Assembly (NCBI GenBank): GCA_947454705.1
Contig: CANGKZ010000019.1
Span: forward strand, 13,992-77,991
DNA length: 64,000 nucleotides
Direction: 5' to 3'
Origin: Verrucomicrobiota bacterium
Lineage (GTDB): Bacteria; Verrucomicrobiota; Verrucomicrobiia; Limisphaerales; UBA9464
Below, in pieces: positions 53,689 through 62,318 of this stretch. Both the position numbers and the translations under genes were made by a program. The notes under the pieces were generated by a model. That model saw only the letters and a program-made list of their open reading frames with translations. It made no database searches and had not been told where the DNA came from. Each line of letters opens with the position of its first letter. Position 1 is the first letter of the stretch.

Positions 53689-54743
53689 GCGACGAGCCCT
53701 TGCCTCAATCGGAGATCCTCCTCTACCAGACGGAGGACGGACGCACGCGGGTGCAGTGCCGGTTTGAGAACGAGACCCTGTGGTTGACGCAGGTCCAGAT
53801 TGCCGAGCTGTTCCAGACGAGCGTGCCGAACATAAACCTGCACCTGAAAGCAATTTACGCCGAGGGTGAGCTCTCAACGGAGGCAACTATTAAGTCCCAC
53901 TTAATGGTTCGATTGGAGGGCGCGCGGCAGGTTTCCCGCCCCGTGCTGCACTACAGCCTGCCCGTCATTCTGGCCGTGGGCTTCCGCGTCCGCAGTCATC
54001 GGGGGACGCAGTTCCGCCAGTGGGCGACCGCGCGCTTGGGCGAGTATTTGGTGAAGGGCTTCACCCTGGACGACGAGCGGCTCAAAAACCCACCCGGGAA
54101 AGGGCAGAAGGATTACTTCGACGAGCTGCTGGAGCGCATCCGCGACATCCGGTCGTCCGAGCGGCGGTTTTACCAGAAGGTGCTCGATATCTACGCAACC
54201 AGCGTGGACTACTCGCCGGAAGCAGAGGCATCGCAGCGGTTCTTTGCCGTCGTGCAGAACAAGATGCACTGGGCGACCCACGGTCACACCGCCGCTGAGG
54301 TCATCGCGGAGCGGGCGGATGCGACGAAGCCATTCATGGGGCTGCGAACCACGCGATCCGGCGGCATCGTGCGGAAGGACGACGTGTCCGTCGCCAAGAA
54401 CTACCTCACGGAGGAGGAACTCCAGGTACTGAACCGCATTGTGAACCTCTACATCGAGTACGCGGAACTCCAGGCGCTGGGGCGCAAGCCGATGACGATG
54501 CAGGACTGGATTGCGAAGCTGGATGAGTTTCTGAAGATCACCGGACGCGAGAAATTGGACCATCCCGGGAAGATCTCCGCCGAATCCGCCAAGGCGAAAG
54601 CCGAGCTGGAGTATGCGCGGTATCGGACGTTGCTGGATGCCCAGCCGCAGCGTGTGGACGTCGAATTCGAGAAGGCGGCAAAGGAGCTAAAAAAGTTGCC
54701 GAGGCCACGAAAGCCGAAGCCATCCAACGATTCCCAAGCCTGA
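53685..54743 (+). CDS. rhuM: RhuM-family protein
   Basis: 352 aa. ATGA overlap with the preceding stop. ILLYQTEDGRTRVQCRFENETLWLTQVQIAELF, VGFRVRSHRGTQFRQWA, YFDELLERIRDIRSSERRFYQKVLDIY are blocks I recall as typical of RhuM proteins. Confidence 0.8.
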   Translation: MSDEPLPQSEILLYQTEDGRTRVQCRFENETLWLTQVQIAELFQTSVPNINLHLKAIYAEGELSTEATIKSHLMVRLEGARQVSRPVLHYSLPVILAVGFRVRSHRGTQFRQWATARLGEYLVKGFTLDDERLKNPPGKGQKDYFDELLERIRDIRSSERRFYQKVLDIYATSVDYSPEAEASQRFFAVVQNKMHWATHGHTAAEVIAERADATKPFMGLRTTRSGGIVRKDDVSVAKNYLTEEELQVLNRIVNLYIEYAELQALGRKPMTMQDWIAKLDEFLKITGREKLDHPGKISAESAKAKAELEYARYRTLLDAQPQRVDVEFEKAAKELKKLPRPRKPKPSNDSQA

Positions 54744-54895
54744 ACGCCCCAGCCTGGATCCGGAGAGAACAAAATGCCGAGGGATATAGGTTCCATGGAT
54801 GCTGAGACCCTGAAACACATGGCGTGGAGCCGAATTTTGTCCCCCGGCAGGGATACCATGCTCCAACGAGGGCGTAGGTCAATCACCGCGACGCC

Positions 54896-57800
54896 ATGAG
54901 CAAACGCATGCAACCCGAACGCAAAACCCAGGAACGGATCCTCAAACTGTTTCGGGAGGAACTGGGCTACCGGTATCTCGGGGATTGGTCGGACCGGCCC
55001 GCCAATAGCAACATTGAGGATGGCCTGCTCACCGCGTTTCTGAAAAACGCGGGATACGGGGCGGAGCAGATCAGCCGCGCGATCTACCTGCTGCGCAAGG
55101 AAGCCGATCACCCTGGCCGAAGCCTCTACGAAAACAATCGGGCGGTTTACAGCCTGCTGCGTTACGGAGTGCAGCTCAAGACGGCCGCGGGGCAACTCAC
55201 CGAGACCATTCATGTCATCGACTGGGCGCATCCGGAGAGCAATGACTTCGCCCTCGCCGAGGAGGTGACCCTGCGCGGCAACCTGGAGCGTCGTCCGGAC
55301 CTCGTGCTGTACCTCAACGGCATCGCCGTCGGTGTCATCGAGCTGAAGAACAGCCATACCTCCATCGGCGATGGAATCCGACAACTGCTCTCCAACCAGC
55401 AGCCGGAGTTCAACGAGGGGTTCTTTTCCACGGTTCAGATTGTCTTTGCCGGCAACGATTCCGAGGGGCTGCGCTACGGGGCAATCAAGACGGAGGAGAA
55501 GTACTTCCTGAGTTGGAAGGAGGACGAGGCCGACGACACCCGCTTCAAGCTCGACAAGTACCTGTTGAAGATGTGTCGGAAGGACCGATTCATCGAGCTG
55601 ATGCACGATTTCGTGGTGTTCGACGGTGGCATCAAGAAGCTGCCGCGGGTGCACCAGTACTTCGGGGTGAAGGCGGCGCAGTCCTGCGTCCAAAAGGGGC
55701 AGGGCGGCATCCTGTGGCACACGCAGGGGAGCGGGAAGAGCATCGTGATGGTGCTGCTGGCCAAGTGGATTCTGGAAAACCGTCCCAAGGCGCGCGTGCT
55801 CCTGCTCACTGACCGCGATGAGCTGGACAAGCAGATCGAGCGCGTGTTCACGGCCAGCGGTGAAACGATCTACCGCACCAGCAGCGGCCATGACCTGATG
55901 GCGCAGCTCGGACAGGCTGCACCGCGGCTTCTCTGCTCGTTGATCCACAAGTTTGGCAAACGGGGCGTGAAGAATTTCGATGCGTTCATCGAGGAACTGC
56001 GGAGCCAGCCAAGTCCCGCCGTGGGGGAATTGCTGGTGTTCGTGGACGAGTGCCACCGCACGCAGAACGGCAAGCTGCACAAAACCATGAAGGCGCTGCT
56101 CCCGCGCGCGGTGTTCATCGGTTTTACCGGCACCCCGCTGCTCAAGCAGGACAAGGCGACGAGTCTCGAAGTGTTTGGCGGCTACATCCACACCTACAAG
56201 TTTGATGAAGGCGTGACCGACGGCGTGGTCCTCGACCTGGTGTACGAGGCGCGCGACATCGAGCAATCGCTCGGATCGCAGGACAAGATCGATGCTTGGT
56301 TTGAGGTGAAAACCAAGGGTTTGAACGATTGGCAGAGGGCCGCGCTTCGAGAGCAGTGGGGAACGATGCAAAAGGTGCTCAGTTCCCGATCCCGCATGGA
56401 CCGGGTGGTGAGCGACATCGTGTTCGACTTCGGAGTCAAGCCGCGCCTCTCCAATCAGCGGGGCAACGCAATGCTGGTGGCCTCCAGTATCTACGAAGCG
56501 TGCAAATATTTTGAGCTCTTCCAGAAGACCGGCTTTAAGGGCAAGTGCGCGGTGGTGACCTCGTACAACCCGGAGTCGAACGTGTACGAGCAAACCCTGG
56601 AGGAGACCGGAGCCGATACGCCCACGGAGAAGCAGTTTCTCCATGCCACCTATTCCGCGCTGCTCCGAGACGTGGATGCCAAGCCCGGCAAGACGAAGTC
56701 CGAGACCTACGAGGACGAAGCGAAACGGCGCTTCATCGCAGAACCGGCAAACATGCGTCTGCTCATCGTGGTGGACAAGCTGCTGACCGGGTTCGATGCC
56801 CCGAGTTGCACCTACCTCTACATCGACAAATCCATGCAGGATCACGGCCTGTTTCAGGCGATTTGCCGCACCAATCGACTCGATGGTGAGGACAAGCCGT
56901 TTGGCCAAATCGTGGACTACAAGGACCTCTTCAAGAAGGTGCAGGGGGCCATTGCGGTGTACACTTCGGAACTCGACGAAGGGGAGGGTGGTGGGGCCGA
57001 CATCCTGCTTCAAGACCGGCTCAAGAAGGGACGGGAGCGGTTGGACGATGCCTTGGAGGCAGTGTCCTTGCTTTGTGATCCGGTCCAGCCGCCGAGGGGT
57101 GAGCTGGAACACATCCACTATTTTTGCGGAAACACCGAGATCCCGGACGATCTCAAGGCGCATGAAACCCAGCGGGTCGCGCTCTACAAATCGATCGCCG
57201 CGCTGACGCGTGCCTACGCGAACATCGCAGACGACCTCACGCGCGCCGGCTACACGGAGGCTCGGATCGTCCAGATCAAGCGGGAGCTAGACCGTTATCT
57301 CAAACTGCGGGAAACCATTCGGCACGCCAGCGGCGAAGTCATCGATCTCAAAGCCTACGAGGCGGACATGCGCCACCTCATCGACACCTACATCGAGGCC
57401 AGTGAGCCGCGCAGGATATCGGACTTCGGCGAAATCGGCCTGTTGGACCTGATCGTGAAGAGTGGCATCGCGGCGGCGATTAACAGCCTGCCGAGCGGAA
57501 TCAAGGCAGACCGTGGGGCTGTCGCTGAAACCATCGCCAACAACGTTCGCAGCAAGATCATCAAGGAACACCTCAATGACCCTGCGTTCTATGACAAGAT
57601 GTCGGCCCTTTTGAATGGGATTCTCGCGGATTTGAAGGCGACCCGGATTGACTACGAAGAGTTCCTCCGCGAGATCGCCCGCCTCGCTAAATCGGTTTAC
57701 TCGGGCACTTCGGAAGATACCCCGGCCGCCCTGAACACCCCTGGCAAACGCGCGATGTTCAACAATCTGAGGATGGTGTTCAAGCCGGAAACAGCGGGGG

Positions 57801-58024
57801 ACCTTGGGGAGCCTGCGGTGGCGTACCGCACAGCGTTGGACGACCGTCCGCTGGAACTCTCCCTTCGAATTGACGAGACGGTGAAGCGGGTTCGCCCCAA
57901 CGCCTTCCGGGGCAACCAGGCGAAGGAGAATGTCATCAAAGCGGCGTTGCTGCCGTTGTTGAACAACGACCCGACGGAAGTGGAGCGGGTCTTCAAGATC
58001 ATCAAGGCGCAGCCTGAATACTGA
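54896..58024 (+). CDS. hsdR: Type I restriction endonuclease subunit R
   Basis: 1042 aa. HsdR_N nuclease region (PDLVLYLNGIAVGVIELK), helicase motifs HTQGSGKS, DECHRTQ, GFTGTP, QAICRTNR. Confidence 0.92.
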   Translation: MSKRMQPERKTQERILKLFREELGYRYLGDWSDRPANSNIEDGLLTAFLKNAGYGAEQISRAIYLLRKEADHPGRSLYENNRAVYSLLRYGVQLKTAAGQLTETIHVIDWAHPESNDFALAEEVTLRGNLERRPDLVLYLNGIAVGVIELKNSHTSIGDGIRQLLSNQQPEFNEGFFSTVQIVFAGNDSEGLRYGAIKTEEKYFLSWKEDEADDTRFKLDKYLLKMCRKDRFIELMHDFVVFDGGIKKLPRVHQYFGVKAAQSCVQKGQGGILWHTQGSGKSIVMVLLAKWILENRPKARVLLLTDRDELDKQIERVFTASGETIYRTSSGHDLMAQLGQAAPRLLCSLIHKFGKRGVKNFDAFIEELRSQPSPAVGELLVFVDECHRTQNGKLHKTMKALLPRAVFIGFTGTPLLKQDKATSLEVFGGYIHTYKFDEGVTDGVVLDLVYEARDIEQSLGSQDKIDAWFEVKTKGLNDWQRAALREQWGTMQKVLSSRSRMDRVVSDIVFDFGVKPRLSNQRGNAMLVASSIYEACKYFELFQKTGFKGKCAVVTSYNPESNVYEQTLEETGADTPTEKQFLHATYSALLRDVDAKPGKTKSETYEDEAKRRFIAEPANMRLLIVVDKLLTGFDAPSCTYLYIDKSMQDHGLFQAICRTNRLDGEDKPFGQIVDYKDLFKKVQGAIAVYTSELDEGEGGGADILLQDRLKKGRERLDDALEAVSLLCDPVQPPRGELEHIHYFCGNTEIPDDLKAHETQRVALYKSIAALTRAYANIADDLTRAGYTEARIVQIKRELDRYLKLRETIRHASGEVIDLKAYEADMRHLIDTYIEASEPRRISDFGEIGLLDLIVKSGIAAAINSLPSGIKADRGAVAETIANNVRSKIIKEHLNDPAFYDKMSALLNGILADLKATRIDYEEFLREIARLAKSVYSGTSEDTPAALNTPGKRAMFNNLRMVFKPETAGDLGEPAVAYRTALDDRPLELSLRIDETVKRVRPNAFRGNQAKENVIKAALLPLLNNDPTEVERVFKIIKAQPEY

Positions 58025-58028
58025 CCCG

Positions 58029-58745
58029 ATGCGGACGCGGATTCAGCTCGGGGAGTTGTCCTTGGATGTGGTCCGCAAGGACATCAAAAACGTCCATCTC
58101 AGCGTTCACCCGCCGACCGGTCGGGTGACGATTGCGGCCCCGCTGCACCTGAGTCTCGACACGATCAGGGTGTTCGCGATCGACAAGCTTCGCTGGATTC
58201 GAGGCCAGCAGCGAAAGCTGGTGGAGCAGGAGCGGGAGTCGCCGCGTGAATATCTCGACCGCGAGAGTCATTACGTCTGGGGGCGTCGCTACCTGCTCAA
58301 AGTGATTGAGGGAGACCAGGCCGCCTCCGTTGAACTCAGCCACAGCCGGCTGATCCTTCGTGTGAGGCCTGGATCAGATTTCGCCATGAAGCGGGAGTTG
58401 CTCGAATCATGGTATCGGGAACAAGTCCGGATCGCATTGCCCGCACTGACGGCAAAGTGGGAGCCGTTGATTGCCCTAAAGGCCGAGCGCTACTTTGTAC
58501 GACGGATGAAAACCAAATGGGGAAGCTGCAATCCCCGGGCCAGGACGATCTGCCTAAACACCGACCTCGCGAAGAAGCCCCGAGAATGCCTCGAATACCT
58601 CCTCGTGCATGAGCTGGTCCATCTGCTTGAACCGACTCACAACGCGCGATTCATCGCCCTCATGGATCGCTTCCTTCCCAAGTGGCAAATCTATCGCGCC
58701 ACTCTCAACCGCCTCCCGGTGCGGCACGAAGAGTGGCTCTATTAA
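58029..58745 (+). CDS. DUF45/YgjP-type (M48-like) metal-dependent hydrolase
   Basis: 238 aa. Starts 4 nt after the hsdR stop. WGSCNPRARTICLNTDL and HELVHLLEPTHNARF zinc motif. Confidence 0.85.
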   Translation: MRTRIQLGELSLDVVRKDIKNVHLSVHPPTGRVTIAAPLHLSLDTIRVFAIDKLRWIRGQQRKLVEQERESPREYLDRESHYVWGRRYLLKVIEGDQAASVELSHSRLILRVRPGSDFAMKRELLESWYREQVRIALPALTAKWEPLIALKAERYFVRRMKTKWGSCNPRARTICLNTDLAKKPRECLEYLLVHELVHLLEPTHNARFIALMDRFLPKWQIYRATLNRLPVRHEEWLY

Positions 58746-58877
58746 CCATCCTGTCCGCTTCGTGCTAAAGCTGCAGAAATGTCCTGAAAAACATGAACTT
58801 CCCGTGACGGTTGCCCCAGGAATACAAATCCAGTTGCTCACGCCAATCGGTAGCGGTTGAGGCCGGGGTAAGGCCTG

Positions 58878-58917
58878 ATCCCAACCCGCTGATTTTGTTC
58901 AGCGGGTTGTTTTTTTT
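58878..58917 (+). terminator. Terminator hairpin; right copy of the ~40-bp direct repeat
   Basis: atcccAACCCGCTGattttgttCAGCGGGTTgtttttttt. Confidence 0.7.
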
Positions 58918-59173
58918 CAGCCCCACCCTGTTCCTCGCGGGCTGCGTTTCGATCGATTGTGAATCGCTCCCCGTCTTGCAATGGATTCCCCAAAACAAAG
59001 ACGCCCCCGTGCGAGGGGACGCACGAGGGCGAGGACCGGCGGGGCCGGCTTGAGGGAATGAGGGCTACGCGTTCGCCGGTTCTTCGGGATTCGACTCTGA
59101 ACCAGGATCGCTCCGCTGAATCGCAATCCGAATCAGAATCGAATCGGGTGCGCGAACCATTCCCCGCGGACAC

Positions 59174-59470
59174 TCAGGCTCGCACCGGGACGACCTTGAT
59201 GCGGAAGGTGCAGCCAAGGGCGCGTGCGGCTTTGCCGAGAGTGGCCAGGGTCACCGATGTGTTGGTGCCGTCCAGCAGTCGATCCACCGCGGCGCGGCTC
59301 GTGTTCATGCGGTCGGCCAGGGTGGATTTGGAAACGTCCCGGCGAAGCAGCGTGCTGTAGAGCTGATCGGCCAGCTCCTGCTTGATTGCGAGCTCTTCAA
59401 AGGAGGAAGGCGATTCGCGATTGGTTTTCGACTTGGAATAGCCCGCGCTCTGGTAGGTGGTCTTGCTCAT
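59174..59470 (-). CDS. XRE-family HTH protein (antitoxin-like)
   Basis: 98 aa from the ATG at 59470. LRRDVSKSTLADRMNTSRAAVDRLLDG HTH, C-terminal LGKAARALGCTFRIKVV. No partner toxin ORF seen. Confidence 0.65.
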   Translation of the reverse strand: MSKTTYQSAGYSKSKTNRESPSSFEELAIKQELADQLYSTLLRRDVSKSTLADRMNTSRAAVDRLLDGTNTSVTLATLGKAARALGCTFRIKVVPVRA

Positions 59471-59818
59471 GGTGACTCTCTGTTTTTTTGTTGGGGCCCT
59501 CCAAACCGGTCCGGTTAGGAGTACCCGTTTTGGGTTGTTGTATTGCTGGGATCCATCCCCCCGTCCACGAACCCTCAGGGCTCGATCACTGGGGAAATCG
59601 ATCGTTGACCTCCAATCTTTACACCGCTCCATGAACCAATTTCAGCTGAGCACTACGGGCACATCCTGTTTTTTTTATTGAACCAAAAATGGTAACAACC
59701 TGGCTATTTACGCTGAAACCGATTGGGGGTTACCGAATTCGGTGCAAAGGGTGTTTTTTGAGGAAAACCGGGCCGGGAAGTCTGAAAGAGAGGGTCGGCG
59801 TATGAAGCCAGTAACAGC

Positions 59819-59850
59819 AGTTGAAGGGCTAGAAAGTTGAAGCGTTGAAT
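59819..59850. repeat. GTTGAAG-family REP module
   Basis: agttgaagggctagaaagttgaagcgttgaat. Confidence 0.7.
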
Positions 59851-60021
59851 CGGGATCCAGCTTCGGCGGCGCGGCGCTGCGGCGCCGCCGCAACGACAAA
59901 ACGAACGGTGACCGGGCGTGAAGGTTGACGGTGAGATTGCGGGAATTCGGCGATGTCTTTCGTTGTCACCGGATGCGAAAGCCGCGTTACTCACGAGGCA
60001 GAAACAAACAGGAATCCCACC

Positions 60022-60117
60022 ATGGCCAAAGGCACCAATAGTCATCGCAAGGAAGTGAAGAAACCCAAGAAACCCAAGCCCACGCCGGCTCCCCCGGCGT
60101 CGCGCCGCGGGACTTGA
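60022..60117 (+). CDS. Candidate 31-aa Lys/Pro-rich basic peptide
   Basis: ATG preceded by caggaa 6 nt upstream. MAKGTNSHRKEVKKPKKPKPTPAPPASRRGT. Strong terminator 17 nt after the stop. Too short for the ORF track. Confidence 0.45.
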   Translation: MAKGTNSHRKEVKKPKKPKPTPAPPASRRGT

Positions 60118-60133
60118 TCGGTGTGCTTCGTTC

Positions 60134-60169
60134 GGGCCCCGGGGCGATTTCGCTTCGGGGCCCTTTTTT
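60134..60169 (+). terminator. Rho-independent terminator
   Basis: gggcccc-ggggcgatttcgcttc-ggggccc followed by tttttt. Confidence 0.75.
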
Positions 60170-60170
60170 C

Positions 60171-60267
60171 GGAGATGGATCTGGGAGTTGCGGAGCAGCT
60201 GGGAGATGGGAGATGGGAGACAGGATGCTGGATGCTGGATGCTGGATTTCCGGTCCTGCTTTCATCC
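60171..60267. repeat. Composite microsatellite module: (GGGAGAT)n + (GGATGCT)n + ttccggtcctgctttc tail
   Basis: gggagatgggagatgggaga-caggatgctggatgctggatgctggatttccggtcctgctttcatcc. Same architecture as 2741-2870. Confidence 0.85.
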
Positions 60268-60480
60268 TATCAACGGCAGCTCGAACCGCAGATGGACGCA
60301 GACAGACGCGGATGGGCAGGGAGAAAGAGCACGGGATGTGTTTCCGATTCATTCACCTGCTGGGTGAGTCACGAGCGGTCTTCACCTTCTGACGCCCGGT
60401 TTCCAATCTGAAAACGACGGCGCTGTCGCGGGTCGTTTTTGGAGTTTCGGCGGCGTTGCCGCGCCACGGGGGCAATTTTC

Positions 60481-60893
60481 CCCTTCAACCCTTCAACCTA
60501 GAAACGGCAGTTGAAAGGTTAAAAAGTTGAAGCGTTGAAGGGGAATCCGACGCTGCCGCGAGGTTTTTCTCATGGGTTCGGAGTCCCGTCTTCAGAAGGT
60601 TTGGATAGGCGTGCCTCGAGGCATGCAGCTGGTGGATTTCCAACCGTTCGATGGCCCCGCGTCCAACAGCAGAGCCGCGTAAACGCGGTACTCCAAACGC
60701 GTGAGGAACCCCGTCGCCTAAATCCGGCGCTGCGAGAGAAAGCAACCGAGCGGCAGAGGCTGTGGAGATTCACCCAGCAGGTGAATGAATTGGAGGCGCA
60801 TCAAGTGACTTATCTCCCTCTCTATCTGCGTTTGTCGGCGTCCATCTGCGGTTCGAACTGCCGTTTCTAGGTTCAACTCTTTTGACCCTTCAA
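60481..60893 (-). repeat. ~410-bp composite dispersed repeat, copy 2 (inverted relative to 10731-11164)
   Basis: The reverse complement aligns by eye module-for-module with 10731-11164. Copy 1 has one extra ~20-nt ttcaactgctgtttccagg unit. Confidence 0.85.
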
Positions 60894-60958
60894 CTGCCGC
60901 TTTAGGTTCATGCTTTCCAGATTCATCTCCTCCGATGGATTGAGGGAGGGTTTGGGCT

Positions 60959-62215
60959 TTGCCGGGATCCTCAGAATTGGTTCGATCGGGAATCAACTTG
61001 GCTGTCATCGGCGGTGGACCTGCTGGGCTGCGGGCCGCGGAGGTCGCAGTTGCGGCGGGAGTGTCGGTCACGGTGTTCGATGCCAAGGCGTCGGTGGGAC
61101 GCAAGTTCCTCGTCGCTGGGCGCGGTGGACTCAACATCACCCACGAGGAACCGCATGCCGACTTCGTTTCCAAGTACTCCGGCCCCAGCCCCGCGGCCCC
61201 ATTTTGGAACGCATTGCTGAGTGAGTTCGATGCCGATGCCCTGCGACGCTGGGCGGCAGAACTTGGGGTGGAAACGTTCGCCGCCTGCACGGGTCGCGTG
61301 TATCCGCGCGAATTCAAATCGGCCCAGCTCCTGCGTCGATGGGTGCATCGACTCCGGGAATCCGGGGTGCGCTTTGCCATGAATCATCGGTGGGCGGCTC
61401 TGCATCCGCGATCGCCCCAGGGAATGATTCCTCTCGAGTTCGAGGTGCAGGGCGAACCGGTGCGGACCGAATTTGATGCGGTCGTGTTTGCGCTGGGCGG
61501 TGGCTCGTGGCCCGAGACGGGATCCGACGGCGGATGGGTCGCTGCCTTTGAGCGGATCTCGGTTTCGGTGGCGCCGCTGTGCGCCTCGAATTGCGGATGG
61601 GAGACCGACTGGCCACCCGGCCTGATCGAAGCGGCCGAAGGGCGGCCGTTGAAAAACGTGGTGGGATCGGCCGGGAATGAATCGGTTGCCGGTGAGTTGA
61701 TGATTACCCGCTACGGGCTTGAAGGCGGAATCATCTACAAACTGGGAGCGGTGCTGCGTTCCATGGCCGAGCCGGAGATTCGGGTGGATTTGAAACCCGC
61801 GCATTCACTGGAGGCGCTGATTCGGAAGCTGGGTTTGTGTCGAGCGAACTTCCTGCGCGAGGCGCGCTCGCGCTGGCGCCTGGACGAGGCCTCGTGGGCC
61901 CTGTTGCGAACGCAGTGCGGCGATGCGGGCGAGTTCGCGAGCACCGAGGCGATTGCGTCGGCGGCGAAGGCGTGCCGGATCCGGTTGACCCGGCCGCGTC
62001 CGATCGCGGAGGCCATTTCATCGGCCGGCGGAGTTCGGTGGAGCGAGCTGGAGGAGTCGCTGATGGTGCGGCGGCTGCCCGGGGTGTTCGTGGCCGGGGA
62101 GATGATCGATTGGGATGCGCCGACGGGCGGCTACCTGATGCAGGGTTGCTTCGCCACCGGCACCCGCGCCGGGACGAGCGCGGTGGCCTGGATGCGCGCG
62201 CGGACGCAACCGTAG
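60959..62215 (+). CDS. HI0933/BaiN-like flavoprotein (TIGR03862-type)
   Basis: VIGGGPAGLRAAE dinucleotide fold, GRKFLVAGRGGLNITH, C-terminal GVFVAGEMIDWDAPTGGYLMQGCFATG. Start uncertain (TTG at 60959 or 60998). Confidence 0.8.
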   Translation: MPGSSELVRSGINLAVIGGGPAGLRAAEVAVAAGVSVTVFDAKASVGRKFLVAGRGGLNITHEEPHADFVSKYSGPSPAAPFWNALLSEFDADALRRWAAELGVETFAACTGRVYPREFKSAQLLRRWVHRLRESGVRFAMNHRWAALHPRSPQGMIPLEFEVQGEPVRTEFDAVVFALGGGSWPETGSDGGWVAAFERISVSVAPLCASNCGWETDWPPGLIEAAEGRPLKNVVGSAGNESVAGELMITRYGLEGGIIYKLGAVLRSMAEPEIRVDLKPAHSLEALIRKLGLCRANFLREARSRWRLDEASWALLRTQCGDAGEFASTEAIASAAKACRIRLTRPRPIAEAISSAGGVRWSELEESLMVRRLPGVFVAGEMIDWDAPTGGYLMQGCFATGTRAGTSAVAWMRARTQP

Positions 62216-62318
62216 CAGCGTGTACCAATCCTGGTTCAACCCGATCTCGTTTCAATTGGGTGAAAGATCACGGGTTCGAGGTGAGGTTGCTTGAAGAGGC
62301 GAGGGGAGTTGGCGTCCC

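Larger units (their letters stand above)
48599..58917 (+). mobile_element. Putative tRNA-Ser-adjacent genomic island (~10.3 kb) carrying a Type I R-M system
   Basis: Begins right after the tRNA. Bounded by two copies of the same hairpin sequence. Content is entirely defence-type. No integrase or transposase found, so mobility is inferred only. Confidence 0.35.

Noticed and set aside
58838-59173. 111-aa minus-strand ORF starting right after the XRE stop codon (TGAGTG).
   Set aside because: It reads straight through the island-boundary terminator hairpin and a GAATC-rich low-complexity stretch. It has no motifs.
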